Source of the DNA: Vicinamibacterales bacterium
Lineage (GTDB): Bacteria > Acidobacteriota > Vicinamibacteria > Vicinamibacterales > SCN-69-37
DNA length: 64,000 nucleotides
Assembly: GCA_030827135.1 (NCBI GenBank)
Contig: JAURFE010000003.1
Coordinates: 12,923-76,922 of the forward strand
Reading direction: 5' to 3'
Below, one piece after another: positions 45,752-53,646 of the stretch. The notes under the pieces were generated by a model, which was not told the DNA's origin, did not search any database, and worked only from the letters and a program-made list of their open reading frames with translations. How positions within the stretch are numbered: the stretch's first letter is position 1; each line of letters begins with the position of its first letter. The position numbers and the translations under genes are program-made.

Positions 45752-45943
45752 TGCCAATGAGGCAATGAGCCAATGCGGCACTGGAATGCCTCATTGCTCC
45801 AATGGCTCGATGCAGTGGTCCAAGAGAAGGCATCGCCCTTTGTCGGCGCCCCCGAGCACTCGTCGTCTCGTTTAACGATGGAGTCGCCAGCCGACTTTGT
45901 GACTCGGCATCGCAAAAAACAACTTGGAGTGGCTGAGGCCGTT

Positions 45944-45970
45944 GGCGCGCTACAGCCCAGCGCGCCCTAC
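45944..45970. repeat. REP-like palindrome
   Basis: GGCGCGCT-acagccc-AGCGCGCCCTAC, located 25 nt downstream of the amidohydrolase stop on the minus strand. Confidence 0.7.
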
Positions 45971-45994
45971 AGGCCCATCCGCCCAGTTGCCCAT

Positions 45995-47416
45995 CTAGAA
46001 GATCCCCACGCGTCCGCTGACATTCGCGATGAGCCGCGCTGAGTCGAAGCCCACGCCCTGCTTGAACACCGTCACAACCTTCCGCACGTCGCTGATGTTC
46101 GTCGTCGGATCCCCGTCGAAGACGATGATGTCTGCTTGTTTGCCTGCGACGAGCGAACCGGTGATCTGGTCCCGTCCGAGGTACCGCGCGCCGTTGAGTG
46201 TCACGACCTGGATGGCCTCCGGCAAGGTGAAGCCGGCCTCGACGAGAATCTCGATCGTCCGCTGATTCGAGAACCCGGGGATCACGCCGCCGCCGCCAGT
46301 GGGATCGGTGCCGGCGACCAGTTTGCCGCCAGCCCGGAAAAACGCTAGGTCGAGCGCGAGGCCTTTCGGAAACAAGGTCGCATACAGCGAGCTGGTGTTC
46401 TTCGCAGTGCGCGCGTAGTTCTGCTCGAACTGCTCCTTCAGCTGGGGTGTGAGCACTTCCAGCCCCGGCGGCATCGGGCGGCCGGGCGTAAACGTCTCAA
46501 ACACCGCCGGGGTGGTTGTCAGCGTCACGCCCATGTCGATAAGCGTCTTCACGAGTGCGAGAAACTGCGGAGATTTCGGCTCCAGCGCCGCGACCGACTG
46601 CTGGCCGATGCTCTGACCTGGGCAGGCATTGGCCTTTTTGTCGGCGACAAAATCCGTCGCCGCCATGAACGAATGCTCGAGGTTGTCGATGCCCAACTCC
46701 GCGGCCTCGGCGTACGTCACCGAACACAGATGGCCCGTGACCTTCAGCCCGCGCTTGTGGGCCTCGCTGATGGCCGCCGCGAGATCGTCACGCGAGATGT
46801 TCATGTACGCCTTGAACGACGTCGCGCCTTCATCGGCCCAATAGTTCACCTGCTTCCGCGCATCATCCGGTCCGGACAACACGCGCATCTGCTGAAACGT
46901 GTTTGGACCGTTGAGATACGGTGCCGTCGCGTCCATCCAGGGGCCGGCCTTCGACCCGGCCTCGATGAGGCGTTTCATGTTGATGTCCATCGTGCCGTGG
47001 ACGTTGCCGCCGGTGCGCATCGACGTGACGCCGCCGGCGAGGTACAGCTGCACAAAGCTCTCCCCGAGTTGTCCGTACACGCCGGGACCCGTGGGGTAGT
47101 AGAGATGCTCGTGCACCATGGCCATGCCCGGCATCACGGTCTTGCCGGTGAGATCCACGACGGTGGAGCCTTCAGGCACGGACGTCGAACCGCTCGGACC
47201 GATGGCGGCAATTCGTCCGTCCCTGATAATCAGCGTCTGGTCACTGCGTGCCGGCGCGCCCGTGCCATCAAGCACCTTCGCGTGCGTTAAGGCCACGACC
47301 GGGGCGTCCACGGTGACGAACCGACGGATGTTGTTGCCGATCGGGGGCCGCTGGGCCTGTGCGGATGCGAACGCCACGGCCACCAGCGCACCTGCGAGAA
47401 TCCATGTCTGCCTCAT
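45995..47416 (-). CDS. amidohydrolase-family metal-dependent hydrolase, secreted
   Basis: ATG 47416 gives the signal peptide MRQTWILAGALVAVAFASAQA. HxH motif (MVHEHLY). Amidohydrolase fold length of about 470 aa. Confidence 0.8.
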   Translation of the reverse strand: MRQTWILAGALVAVAFASAQAQRPPIGNNIRRFVTVDAPVVALTHAKVLDGTGAPARSDQTLIIRDGRIAAIGPSGSTSVPEGSTVVDLTGKTVMPGMAMVHEHLYYPTGPGVYGQLGESFVQLYLAGGVTSMRTGGNVHGTMDINMKRLIEAGSKAGPWMDATAPYLNGPNTFQQMRVLSGPDDARKQVNYWADEGATSFKAYMNISRDDLAAAISEAHKRGLKVTGHLCSVTYAEAAELGIDNLEHSFMAATDFVADKKANACPGQSIGQQSVAALEPKSPQFLALVKTLIDMGVTLTTTPAVFETFTPGRPMPPGLEVLTPQLKEQFEQNYARTAKNTSSLYATLFPKGLALDLAFFRAGGKLVAGTDPTGGGGVIPGFSNQRTIEILVEAGFTLPEAIQVVTLNGARYLGRDQITGSLVAGKQADIIVFDGDPTTNISDVRKVVTVFKQGVGFDSARLIANVSGRVGIF

Positions 47417-47454
47417 GGGGCGGATTCTACACCCCGCTCTCGTATAATCGCCGG
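47417..47454. promoter_or_regulatory. 38-nt divergent intergenic region with consensus-like -10 boxes on both strands
   Basis: Plus strand: TATAAT (47443-47448), 6 nt, ATG 47455. Minus strand: TAGAAT (47429-47424), 7 nt, ATG 47416. Confidence 0.55.
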
Positions 47455-49581
47455 ATGCTCCAAATCGCTTCTGTACGACAGTTGTCTCTGATCGTGTTGT
47501 GCGCAGCCGTGGCCGCACCGGCGCTGGCCCAGACGCAGCCACCCGTCATCACACTGCCCGAGGTGATGGTGACCGCCCAGAAGGAACCCGCCAAGGCGCA
47601 GGACCTTCCGGTCAGCGTAACCGCGATCACCGCCGGCATGCTCGAGCGGGCCGGCGTCTCGATCGTCAGCGACGCTGTGCTCACCGCGCCGAATTCCATC
47701 TTCACCGAGTTCACCGCACGCAAGCTCAGCAACGCACGATTCCGCGGACTGGGATCAAGCCCGGCCAACCCCGCCGTCACGACGTTTATCGACGGCGTGC
47801 CCGTGCTGAACGCCAACGCGTCGAGCATCGAACTCATCGCCGTGGATCAGGTGGAATTTGTGCGTGGACCGCAGAGCGCCCTGTTCGGCCGCAACACCCT
47901 GGGTGGCCTTGTCAATATCTCGTCGGCGCGCCCCAACCTCTCACGATGGACCGGCCGCCTCACGGCGCCGCTTGGCGACAACGGCACGCGCGAGATTCGC
48001 GGCGCGGTGTCGGGGCCGCTGTCAGACACGGTGGCTCTCGGCGTAGCGATTGGCCACGGCGAACGTGATGGGTTCACGACCAACAGCATCACGGGCAACG
48101 CGATCGACGGCCGCAAGGGGACGTTCGGCAAGGCCCAGCTGCTCTGGACGCCGACTGCACGCTTTGAAACGCGCCTGATCGTCAGCGGCGAACGGTCGCG
48201 TGACGGTGACTACGCGCTGAGCGATCTCGCGGGCCTTCGGCAGAATCCCTTCACGGTGGCGCGGGACTTCGAGGGCTCTCAGAACCGGGACGTCCGCTCG
48301 GCCACCGTGTTGGCCCGGTACGAAGGATCCCGCGTGAGCGTGACGTCCACCTCCGGGTACCTTCGCTGGGATACCCGCGACGAGACAGACCTCGACTACA
48401 CGCCGTTAAGCCTGGTGACCCGCGACAACGCGGAAGAGGCCAGTCAGTTCAGCCAGGAAGTGCGTCTTGCGTCCGCCGGCGGCGCGCCCGTGCGCCTGTC
48501 GGACTCAGCCACCCTGACCTGGCAGGTCGGCGGCGTGATGTTCACGCAGAACTACGCACAGACCGCCATCAACCGGTTCTCCCCGTTCGTCCTGTCGCCG
48601 CTCCTCGGCTTCCCGGTGCGCCAGTATTCGCCGAAGGGCACGATTGACGACCTCGGCTTCGGCGGCTTTGCGCAAGCGACCTTCTCGTTCTCGAACCGCG
48701 TGGATCTCGCCCTGGGTGCCCGTGCCGACCGAGAAACCAAGGATGCTGCGCTCGACACCTACTTTGATCCCGTCATCGCGCCGCCTGCCGCAGTGGCCAG
48801 AAAGGTGACGTACTCCAACATTTCCCCGAACGCGTCGTTGACCGTACATGTGAGACCCGGGTCGATCGTGTATGCGACGGCAGGCCGCGGCTACAAGGCC
48901 GGCGGCTTCAATCCGACCGCGCCTCCCTCGGCGGAAGCCTACGGCGAGGAACTGACGTGGACGATGGAGGCGGGGAGCAAGACGTCGTTCGCCGACGGCC
49001 GCGTCATTGCGAACGCGGCGGTCTTCCTCGTCGACTGGACCGACCTGCAGTTGAACCGGCCAATCCCGTTGGCGCCCGGGCAGTTCTACATCTCAAACGT
49101 GGGTGGCGCGACCAGCCGCGGTGTTGAACTTGAACTCATGGCGCGCGCTGGACGCGGTGTTGACGTGTTCGGCGCCCTCGGTCTGACGCGCGCGCGCTTT
49201 GACGCAGGCAGCACCTCGGAGGGCGTCGACGTCGGCGACAACCGCATTCCCTTCACACCCGAATACACCGCCTCGGTCGGCGTGCAGTTCTCCCGCCAGG
49301 TACGCGACCGGGTCTCCACCTTCGGCCGCGTCGACTTGGTGCGCTACGGCACGTTTGATTATGACGATGCCAACACGGCCGGGCAGAAGGCGTACGCGCT
49401 CGCGAACCTGCGCGCCGGTGTGGATGTACGCGGCGTGACGATTGAAGGATGGGTGCGCAACGCGTTCGACACGCGGTACATCCCGACCGCATTTGCGTAT
49501 CCGTTCTTCGCGCCGTCGGGCTTCGTCGGTGAAAGCGGCCGTCCTCGGACGATCGGAATCACGCTCGGGGTCGGGTTCTAA
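47455..49581 (+). CDS. TonB-dependent receptor
   Basis: ATG 47455 gives the signal peptide MLQIASVRQLSLIVLCAAVAAPALAQ. TonB-box-like region VITLPEVMVTA, plug (FRGLGSS...TFIDGVP) and barrel ending ...ITLGVGF. Confidence 0.85.
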   Translation: MLQIASVRQLSLIVLCAAVAAPALAQTQPPVITLPEVMVTAQKEPAKAQDLPVSVTAITAGMLERAGVSIVSDAVLTAPNSIFTEFTARKLSNARFRGLGSSPANPAVTTFIDGVPVLNANASSIELIAVDQVEFVRGPQSALFGRNTLGGLVNISSARPNLSRWTGRLTAPLGDNGTREIRGAVSGPLSDTVALGVAIGHGERDGFTTNSITGNAIDGRKGTFGKAQLLWTPTARFETRLIVSGERSRDGDYALSDLAGLRQNPFTVARDFEGSQNRDVRSATVLARYEGSRVSVTSTSGYLRWDTRDETDLDYTPLSLVTRDNAEEASQFSQEVRLASAGGAPVRLSDSATLTWQVGGVMFTQNYAQTAINRFSPFVLSPLLGFPVRQYSPKGTIDDLGFGGFAQATFSFSNRVDLALGARADRETKDAALDTYFDPVIAPPAAVARKVTYSNISPNASLTVHVRPGSIVYATAGRGYKAGGFNPTAPPSAEAYGEELTWTMEAGSKTSFADGRVIANAAVFLVDWTDLQLNRPIPLAPGQFYISNVGGATSRGVELELMARAGRGVDVFGALGLTRARFDAGSTSEGVDVGDNRIPFTPEYTASVGVQFSRQVRDRVSTFGRVDLVRYGTFDYDDANTAGQKAYALANLRAGVDVRGVTIEGWVRNAFDTRYIPTAFAYPFFAPSGFVGESGRPRTIGITLGVGF

Positions 49582-49584
49582 AAA

Positions 49585-49638
49585 GATGTCGGGTGTCTTT
49601 TTCTGCATCGCTTAGAGCGGGAAAAGACACCCGACGTC
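49585..49638. terminator. long hairpin between convergent genes (possible bidirectional terminator)
   Basis: GATGTCGGGTGTCTTTT (49585-49601) pairs with AAAAGACACCCGACGTC (49622-49638): 17 bp including one G-U, with a loop of about 20 nt. It is preceded by AAAA and followed by ATTTATT, and starts 3 nt after the receptor stop codon. Confidence 0.45.
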
Positions 49639-49650
49639 ATTTATTCCAAC

Positions 49651-49714
49651 GGCGCGCTACAGTTCAGCGCGCCCCGCATGCACGTACGTAGGGCGCGCTG
49701 GGTTACAGCGCGCC
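49651..49714. repeat. pair of REP-like palindromes
   Basis: GGCGCGCT-acagttc-AGCGCGCCC (49651-49674) and GTACGTAGGGCGCGCTG-ggtta-CAGCGCGCC (49684-49714). Confidence 0.75.
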
Positions 49715-49717
49715 AGA

Positions 49718-50470
49718 CTATTCCCCGCGTGGATACCGGCGCTCGATCAGGCGCCGGAGTTCCTTGATCGGCTCCGGGTTGTCATCCACCTGGAGACGCA
49801 GCACCACGTCGTTGTGGAGCCACACGCCGCCGTCCTTCTTCACAATCAGCATCGCGGCTGACTGCATGCCGCGCGTGTCGCCGCCGGCGGCCTGCCCCGC
49901 TTCGAGCGCGGCCTGCAGCCTGAATGCGAGCCGCCCCTTGGTGGTTTCAAACGCCGTGATCATGTCGGCGACCACCGCAGGGCCCGCGAGGATGTTGCCC
50001 TGCGCGGTGGCGTATTTGCCCTGCTTGTGCCCGGCCCACGTGCTGGCTTCGGGCCCCGTGAACACGGCGGTCTCACCCACCGGTGTGATCACCGCGAACT
50101 GGCGGCCGGCTTTCGGCCATCGTTGCCCGCGCAGCCCTGGGTCCGGATCACGTTCCCAGACTTGTTTGATCACATCCGTCGGCGCGACGCCTTTGCGCAA
50201 CAAGTCGAGCGCCTGCGGACCGTAGCTCACGTCCACGATCGCCTGCGTGGCTACGGCACCCACCCCGGCTTCAGCCCACAAGACGCCGTTCCCGACCGAG
50301 AACACCCGCGACTGCACCGCGCCGCCGAGTTCACCGGACTCCGGGTCGTAGCCCAGAATCGAAAACGTCGCAACCGGATCATCCGGAAGCGACACCTGCT
50401 GCTGCGATGCCGCAAGCACACTGCCCGCCACGGCGACCAACGTCACAATCCATACTGCTCTGCCCATCAC
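49718..50470 (-). CDS. DUF1028 domain-containing protein (Ntn-hydrolase-like), secreted
   Basis: TFSILGYDPESGELGGAVQSRVFSVGNGVLWAEAGVGAVATQA matches the DUF1028 N-terminal nucleophile region. A signal peptide is present. Confidence 0.8.
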   Translation of the reverse strand: MMGRAVWIVTLVAVAGSVLAASQQQVSLPDDPVATFSILGYDPESGELGGAVQSRVFSVGNGVLWAEAGVGAVATQAIVDVSYGPQALDLLRKGVAPTDVIKQVWERDPDPGLRGQRWPKAGRQFAVITPVGETAVFTGPEASTWAGHKQGKYATAQGNILAGPAVVADMITAFETTKGRLAFRLQAALEAGQAAGGDTRGMQSAAMLIVKKDGGVWLHNDVVLRLQVDDNPEPIKELRRLIERRYPRGE

Positions 50471-51390
50471 TGCCTCCGTATAGGAACCGGTCGTAGAATG
50501 AATCCCGCCACCGCATCCACAAACGCGTCGTGCGTATCTTCCAACTGTGCCGCGTGATCACCACCTGGCAGGATCGTCCATTGCCGATGGACGGCCGCCA
50601 GCCCCGCGACAAATTTTCCAGTCGTGCTGTCGTCCATGCCCGGATCGCGCGATCCCTGAATCACCAGCACCGGCATGGTCAATTTTTCAAGACGAAGGTC
50701 GTTGAACTCGTCCTCGCGAATCCAGTCCATGCGCACCGGATCAGCAGCGAGAGCCTGCGTCACAAACGCATCAACCACCGCCCGGGGCGTGACCAGGGGA
50801 GAAATGAAATCGATTTCGGCATCCGCGCGGACCGTCTTCTGCATGGCCGGGTGTTCCGGCGCGGGCATTGAGGCAAACCTGAGATCGGGATCGACGGCAT
50901 ACCCGAACAGCACAAGCGACGACAACACCGCATCAGGTTGTTGCGCCGCCAACTGCACGACCGCGCCCCCCAGCGACCAGCCAAGCAGCGACGGTGGCGG
51001 CAACCCTGGATGGCGGGCAGCCACCCACTTCAACACCGCGACAACATCAGCCGCCGCACGCATGGGTGTGAGGAACCCCGTCCGATCACGGGGTGAAGCC
51101 CCGTAGCCGCGCAGATCAAGCGCGTACACCGCGAAGCCACGCGCCGCCAGAGAGGTCATGACGGACCGTTGCTGGCCAGGGACCTGAAGATCGAAATCAG
51201 GGCGACTGCTCCACGTGCGGCCATGGACCAGAAGGATCGTCGCGCGTGGCGGTGCGGCGGTGCGTGTCCACACCGCCAGCGGATGTCCGCCCACCAGTAC
51301 GGTAAACCGGGCGGGAGGCGCGGGTGCCTGAGCGGCCGGTGCCGCCACGGCAAGGGACGCGACCAGCAGGAGGCAGAGGCTAGCGGCCAC
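50467..51390 (-). CDS. alpha/beta-fold hydrolase, secreted
   Basis: Signal peptide, HG oxyanion motif (LLVHGRTW) and nucleophile elbow GWSLGG. GTG start. Overlaps both neighbours. Confidence 0.8.
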   Translation of the reverse strand: MAASLCLLLVASLAVAAPAAQAPAPPARFTVLVGGHPLAVWTRTAAPPRATILLVHGRTWSSRPDFDLQVPGQQRSVMTSLAARGFAVYALDLRGYGASPRDRTGFLTPMRAAADVVAVLKWVAARHPGLPPPSLLGWSLGGAVVQLAAQQPDAVLSSLVLFGYAVDPDLRFASMPAPEHPAMQKTVRADAEIDFISPLVTPRAVVDAFVTQALAADPVRMDWIREDEFNDLRLEKLTMPVLVIQGSRDPGMDDSTTGKFVAGLAAVHRQWTILPGGDHAAQLEDTHDAFVDAVAGFILRPVPIRRQ

Positions 51391-51958
51391 CGGATAGTTT
51401 GAGTACGGCCAGGGCCTGCGTCAACATCGCCGCAGCGTCCTCGTTACGGCCCGCCAGCGCGTAGAGGTCCGCCAGTTCGAGATACGGCGCGAACGTTGTT
51501 GGCCGCGCAGCCACCAACGCCTTGAGCTCCGCTTCGACGCCACTCGCCAATGCGGCAACGGCTGCCACGCGCTGCTGTTCCTTGACCGCGTTCAGCTCGG
51601 TCTCGGCGCTCCGCCTGAGGGGATGGTCCGACCCGAAGTGCATACCGGCCAACTGCCCCTCAAGTGCATGCTGTCGCGCGGCGAGGATCCGAACGTCGGC
51701 CCGGGTTGCTTCGAGATTCTCGCGCCGGATCTGGGACACCACGGCGTTCAGCTTCCGGCGCACATCAAGCACCACGGGGTGAGACTCGCCGTACGTCAGT
51801 CCCGCCAGTTCCCGTTCGAGCTCGAGCCGCTGCCGGTGCAGTTCAGCCACCCGCACCACGCGTTCGACGATCGCGTTGAGTTCCTCGGCGGATTGCTGTG
51901 GCGGCGGGGCGCTGGTCAATCCTGCGAATGCGAAGGCGATTACGACAAGGGCCGTCAT
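51380..51958 (-). CDS. hypothetical secreted coiled-coil protein with two L.G..(Y/F)G..HP repeats
   Basis: 192 aa with an N-terminal hydrophobic segment. Repeats are LAGLTYGESHPVVLDVRRKLNAV and LAGMHFGSDHPLRRSAETELNAV. ATGA overlap with the upstream cupin gene. Confidence 0.5.
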   Translation of the reverse strand: MTALVVIAFAFAGLTSAPPPQQSAEELNAIVERVVRVAELHRQRLELERELAGLTYGESHPVVLDVRRKLNAVVSQIRRENLEATRADVRILAARQHALEGQLAGMHFGSDHPLRRSAETELNAVKEQQRVAAVAALASGVEAELKALVAARPTTFAPYLELADLYALAGRNEDAAAMLTQALAVLKLSGGR

Positions 51959-52437
51959 CGAAATTCCTCCAGTTCAGGGAAGCGTTCGCACAACCGGTTG
52001 GCGGCATCCGGATCGTCGCCCAGCATCGCGAAGTCGGCGAAATCGAACCCTGGCCCCACTGTACATCCGACGAGCGTGTATGCGCCGGCCGGTCTGGCCG
52101 CCTGCCAGTGACCTGCGGGAACGACGTGTGTGGGCCGCGCGGTGCCGTCCCAGGGTCCCAGCCGGATGTGCTCACGCCGCTCGAGGGCTGCGTCGCAGGA
52201 CACTAATTCGAGGGGATCGCCTTCGTAAAAATGCCAGGCCTCGTCGGAGGACACCCGGTGGAGGCGCGAACACTGGCCGGCCACCAGCAGGAAGTAAATG
52301 GACGTCAGCGCCGAGCGCTCCCCGCGCCGGCCATCAGCCGTCACATGGCTCCGGGATCGAAACACCTCGGAATACCACCCACCTTCGGGGTGGGGTCTGA
52401 GGCTCAGTTGCCGAATAAGTGTCTCTGGTCGGGTCAC
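51955..52437 (-). CDS. DUF985 cupin-fold protein
   Basis: GTG 52437 overlaps the ychF stop (GTGA). L.PHPEGGWYSEVFRS motif and CTVGPGFDFADF. Confidence 0.75.
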   Translation of the reverse strand: MTRPETLIRQLSLRPHPEGGWYSEVFRSRSHVTADGRRGERSALTSIYFLLVAGQCSRLHRVSSDEAWHFYEGDPLELVSCDAALERREHIRLGPWDGTARPTHVVPAGHWQAARPAGAYTLVGCTVGPGFDFADFAMLGDDPDAANRLCERFPELEEFR

Positions 52438-53537
52438 ACGTTGAATTTGAACAACAGCACGTCGCCGTCCTTGACGACGTACTCTTTGCCTTCCATGCGG
52501 TAGAGCCCTTTGTCCCGCGCAGCCGCGACGGAGCCGCACGCCACGAGGTCATCATAGGCCACGGTCTCGGCCTTGATGAATCCGCGCTCAAAATCAGAGT
52601 GAATGACGCCCGCGGCCTTCGGCGCCGTGTCCCCGGCGTGAATGGTCCAGGCGCGGACTTCCTTTTCGCCTGCGGTGAAATACGTCCGCAGGCCCAGCAG
52701 ATGATAGGTGGCCCGGATCAGCGAGCCAAGGCCGCTCTCCGACACGCCCAGCTCCTGCAGGAACGCCTGCGCCTCGTCTGGCTCGAGATCCACCAGGTCG
52801 CTTTCGATCTGCGCGCTAATCACGACGGCCTCACAGGCCAGGTGCGCCTTCACGTACTCGCGCACCTTCATGACATGGGGATTCGAGTCGGCGGTCGCCA
52901 AATCGCCTTCCTTCACGTTGCACGCGAAGATCGTCGGCTTGTTGCTCAGCAAAAACAGCGGTTTCGCCAACTCGCGCTCATTGTCGGTCAGGTCGGCCAG
53001 CAGCGCCGGGGTGCCCTGATCGAGCACCGGTTCCAGCTTGGCCAGCACGGCGTCTTCGGCGGCGGCGTCCTTGTCTCCTCGCTTGACCTCCTTCGCCAAC
53101 CGCTCACGACGTTTCTTCACCGAGTCCAAGTCCGCGAGAATCAACTCGGTGTTGATGACTTCGATGTCGCGCACCGGATCGACCGTGGACGAGACGTGGT
53201 GCACATCCTCATCCTCGAAGCATCGGACCACCTGGACAATCGCGTCCACCTCGCGAATGTGGGTCAGGAACTTGTTGCCAAGCCCTTCTCCGGTGCTCGC
53301 GCCTTTCACGAGGCCGGCGATGTCCACAAACTCGATCGCCGCCGGAATGACGACATTGGTCTTCGCGACGGCCTGCAGGGCCTGCAACCGGGCGTCGGGC
53401 ACCGTGACGATGCCAACGTTGGGGTCGATGGTGCAGAAGGGATAGTTGGCGGCCTCGGCTTTCCGAGTGCGCGTGACCGCATTAAACAACGTGGACTTGC
53501 CTACATTGGGCAGCCCGACAATTCCGGCTCTTAACAC
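52434..53537 (-). CDS. ychF: redox-regulated ribosome-binding ATPase YchF
   Basis: MLRAGIVGLPNVGKSTLFNAVT (G1), 367 aa, and TGS-like C-terminal EGKEYVVKDGDVLLFKFNV. Confidence 0.95.
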   Translation of the reverse strand: MLRAGIVGLPNVGKSTLFNAVTRTRKAEAANYPFCTIDPNVGIVTVPDARLQALQAVAKTNVVIPAAIEFVDIAGLVKGASTGEGLGNKFLTHIREVDAIVQVVRCFEDEDVHHVSSTVDPVRDIEVINTELILADLDSVKKRRERLAKEVKRGDKDAAAEDAVLAKLEPVLDQGTPALLADLTDNERELAKPLFLLSNKPTIFACNVKEGDLATADSNPHVMKVREYVKAHLACEAVVISAQIESDLVDLEPDEAQAFLQELGVSESGLGSLIRATYHLLGLRTYFTAGEKEVRAWTIHAGDTAPKAAGVIHSDFERGFIKAETVAYDDLVACGSVAAARDKGLYRMEGKEYVVKDGDVLLFKFNV

Positions 53538-53554
53538 CTGTCAAGGATACTGCA

Positions 53555-53611
53555 GGCGCGCTGCAAGTTCAGCGCGCCCTGCGAGGAGGCGCGCTCGAAC
53601 CCAGCGCGCCC
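53555..53611. repeat. pair of REP-like palindromes
   Basis: GGCGCGCT-gcaagttc-AGCGCGCCC (53555-53579) and GGCGCGCT-cgaaccc-AGCGCGCCC (53588-53611), between ychF and the downstream SDR-like gene. Confidence 0.75.
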
Positions 53612-53646
53612 TGCATGCCCACGTGCCCATTCGTCCAGCCGTCCAG

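Noticed and set aside
45773-45790. Sigma-54 promoter-like GGCAC...TGC (gcGGCACtggaaTGCc)
   Set aside because: The GG-to-GC spacing is one nucleotide short of the TGGCAC-N5-TTGC consensus. It also lies on the plus strand, where no gene follows.
45773-46042. 89-aa ORF in the long intergenic region
   Set aside because: It has no SD or -10 context, spans REP elements, overlaps the 3' end of the amidohydrolase gene, and its composition is not protein-like.
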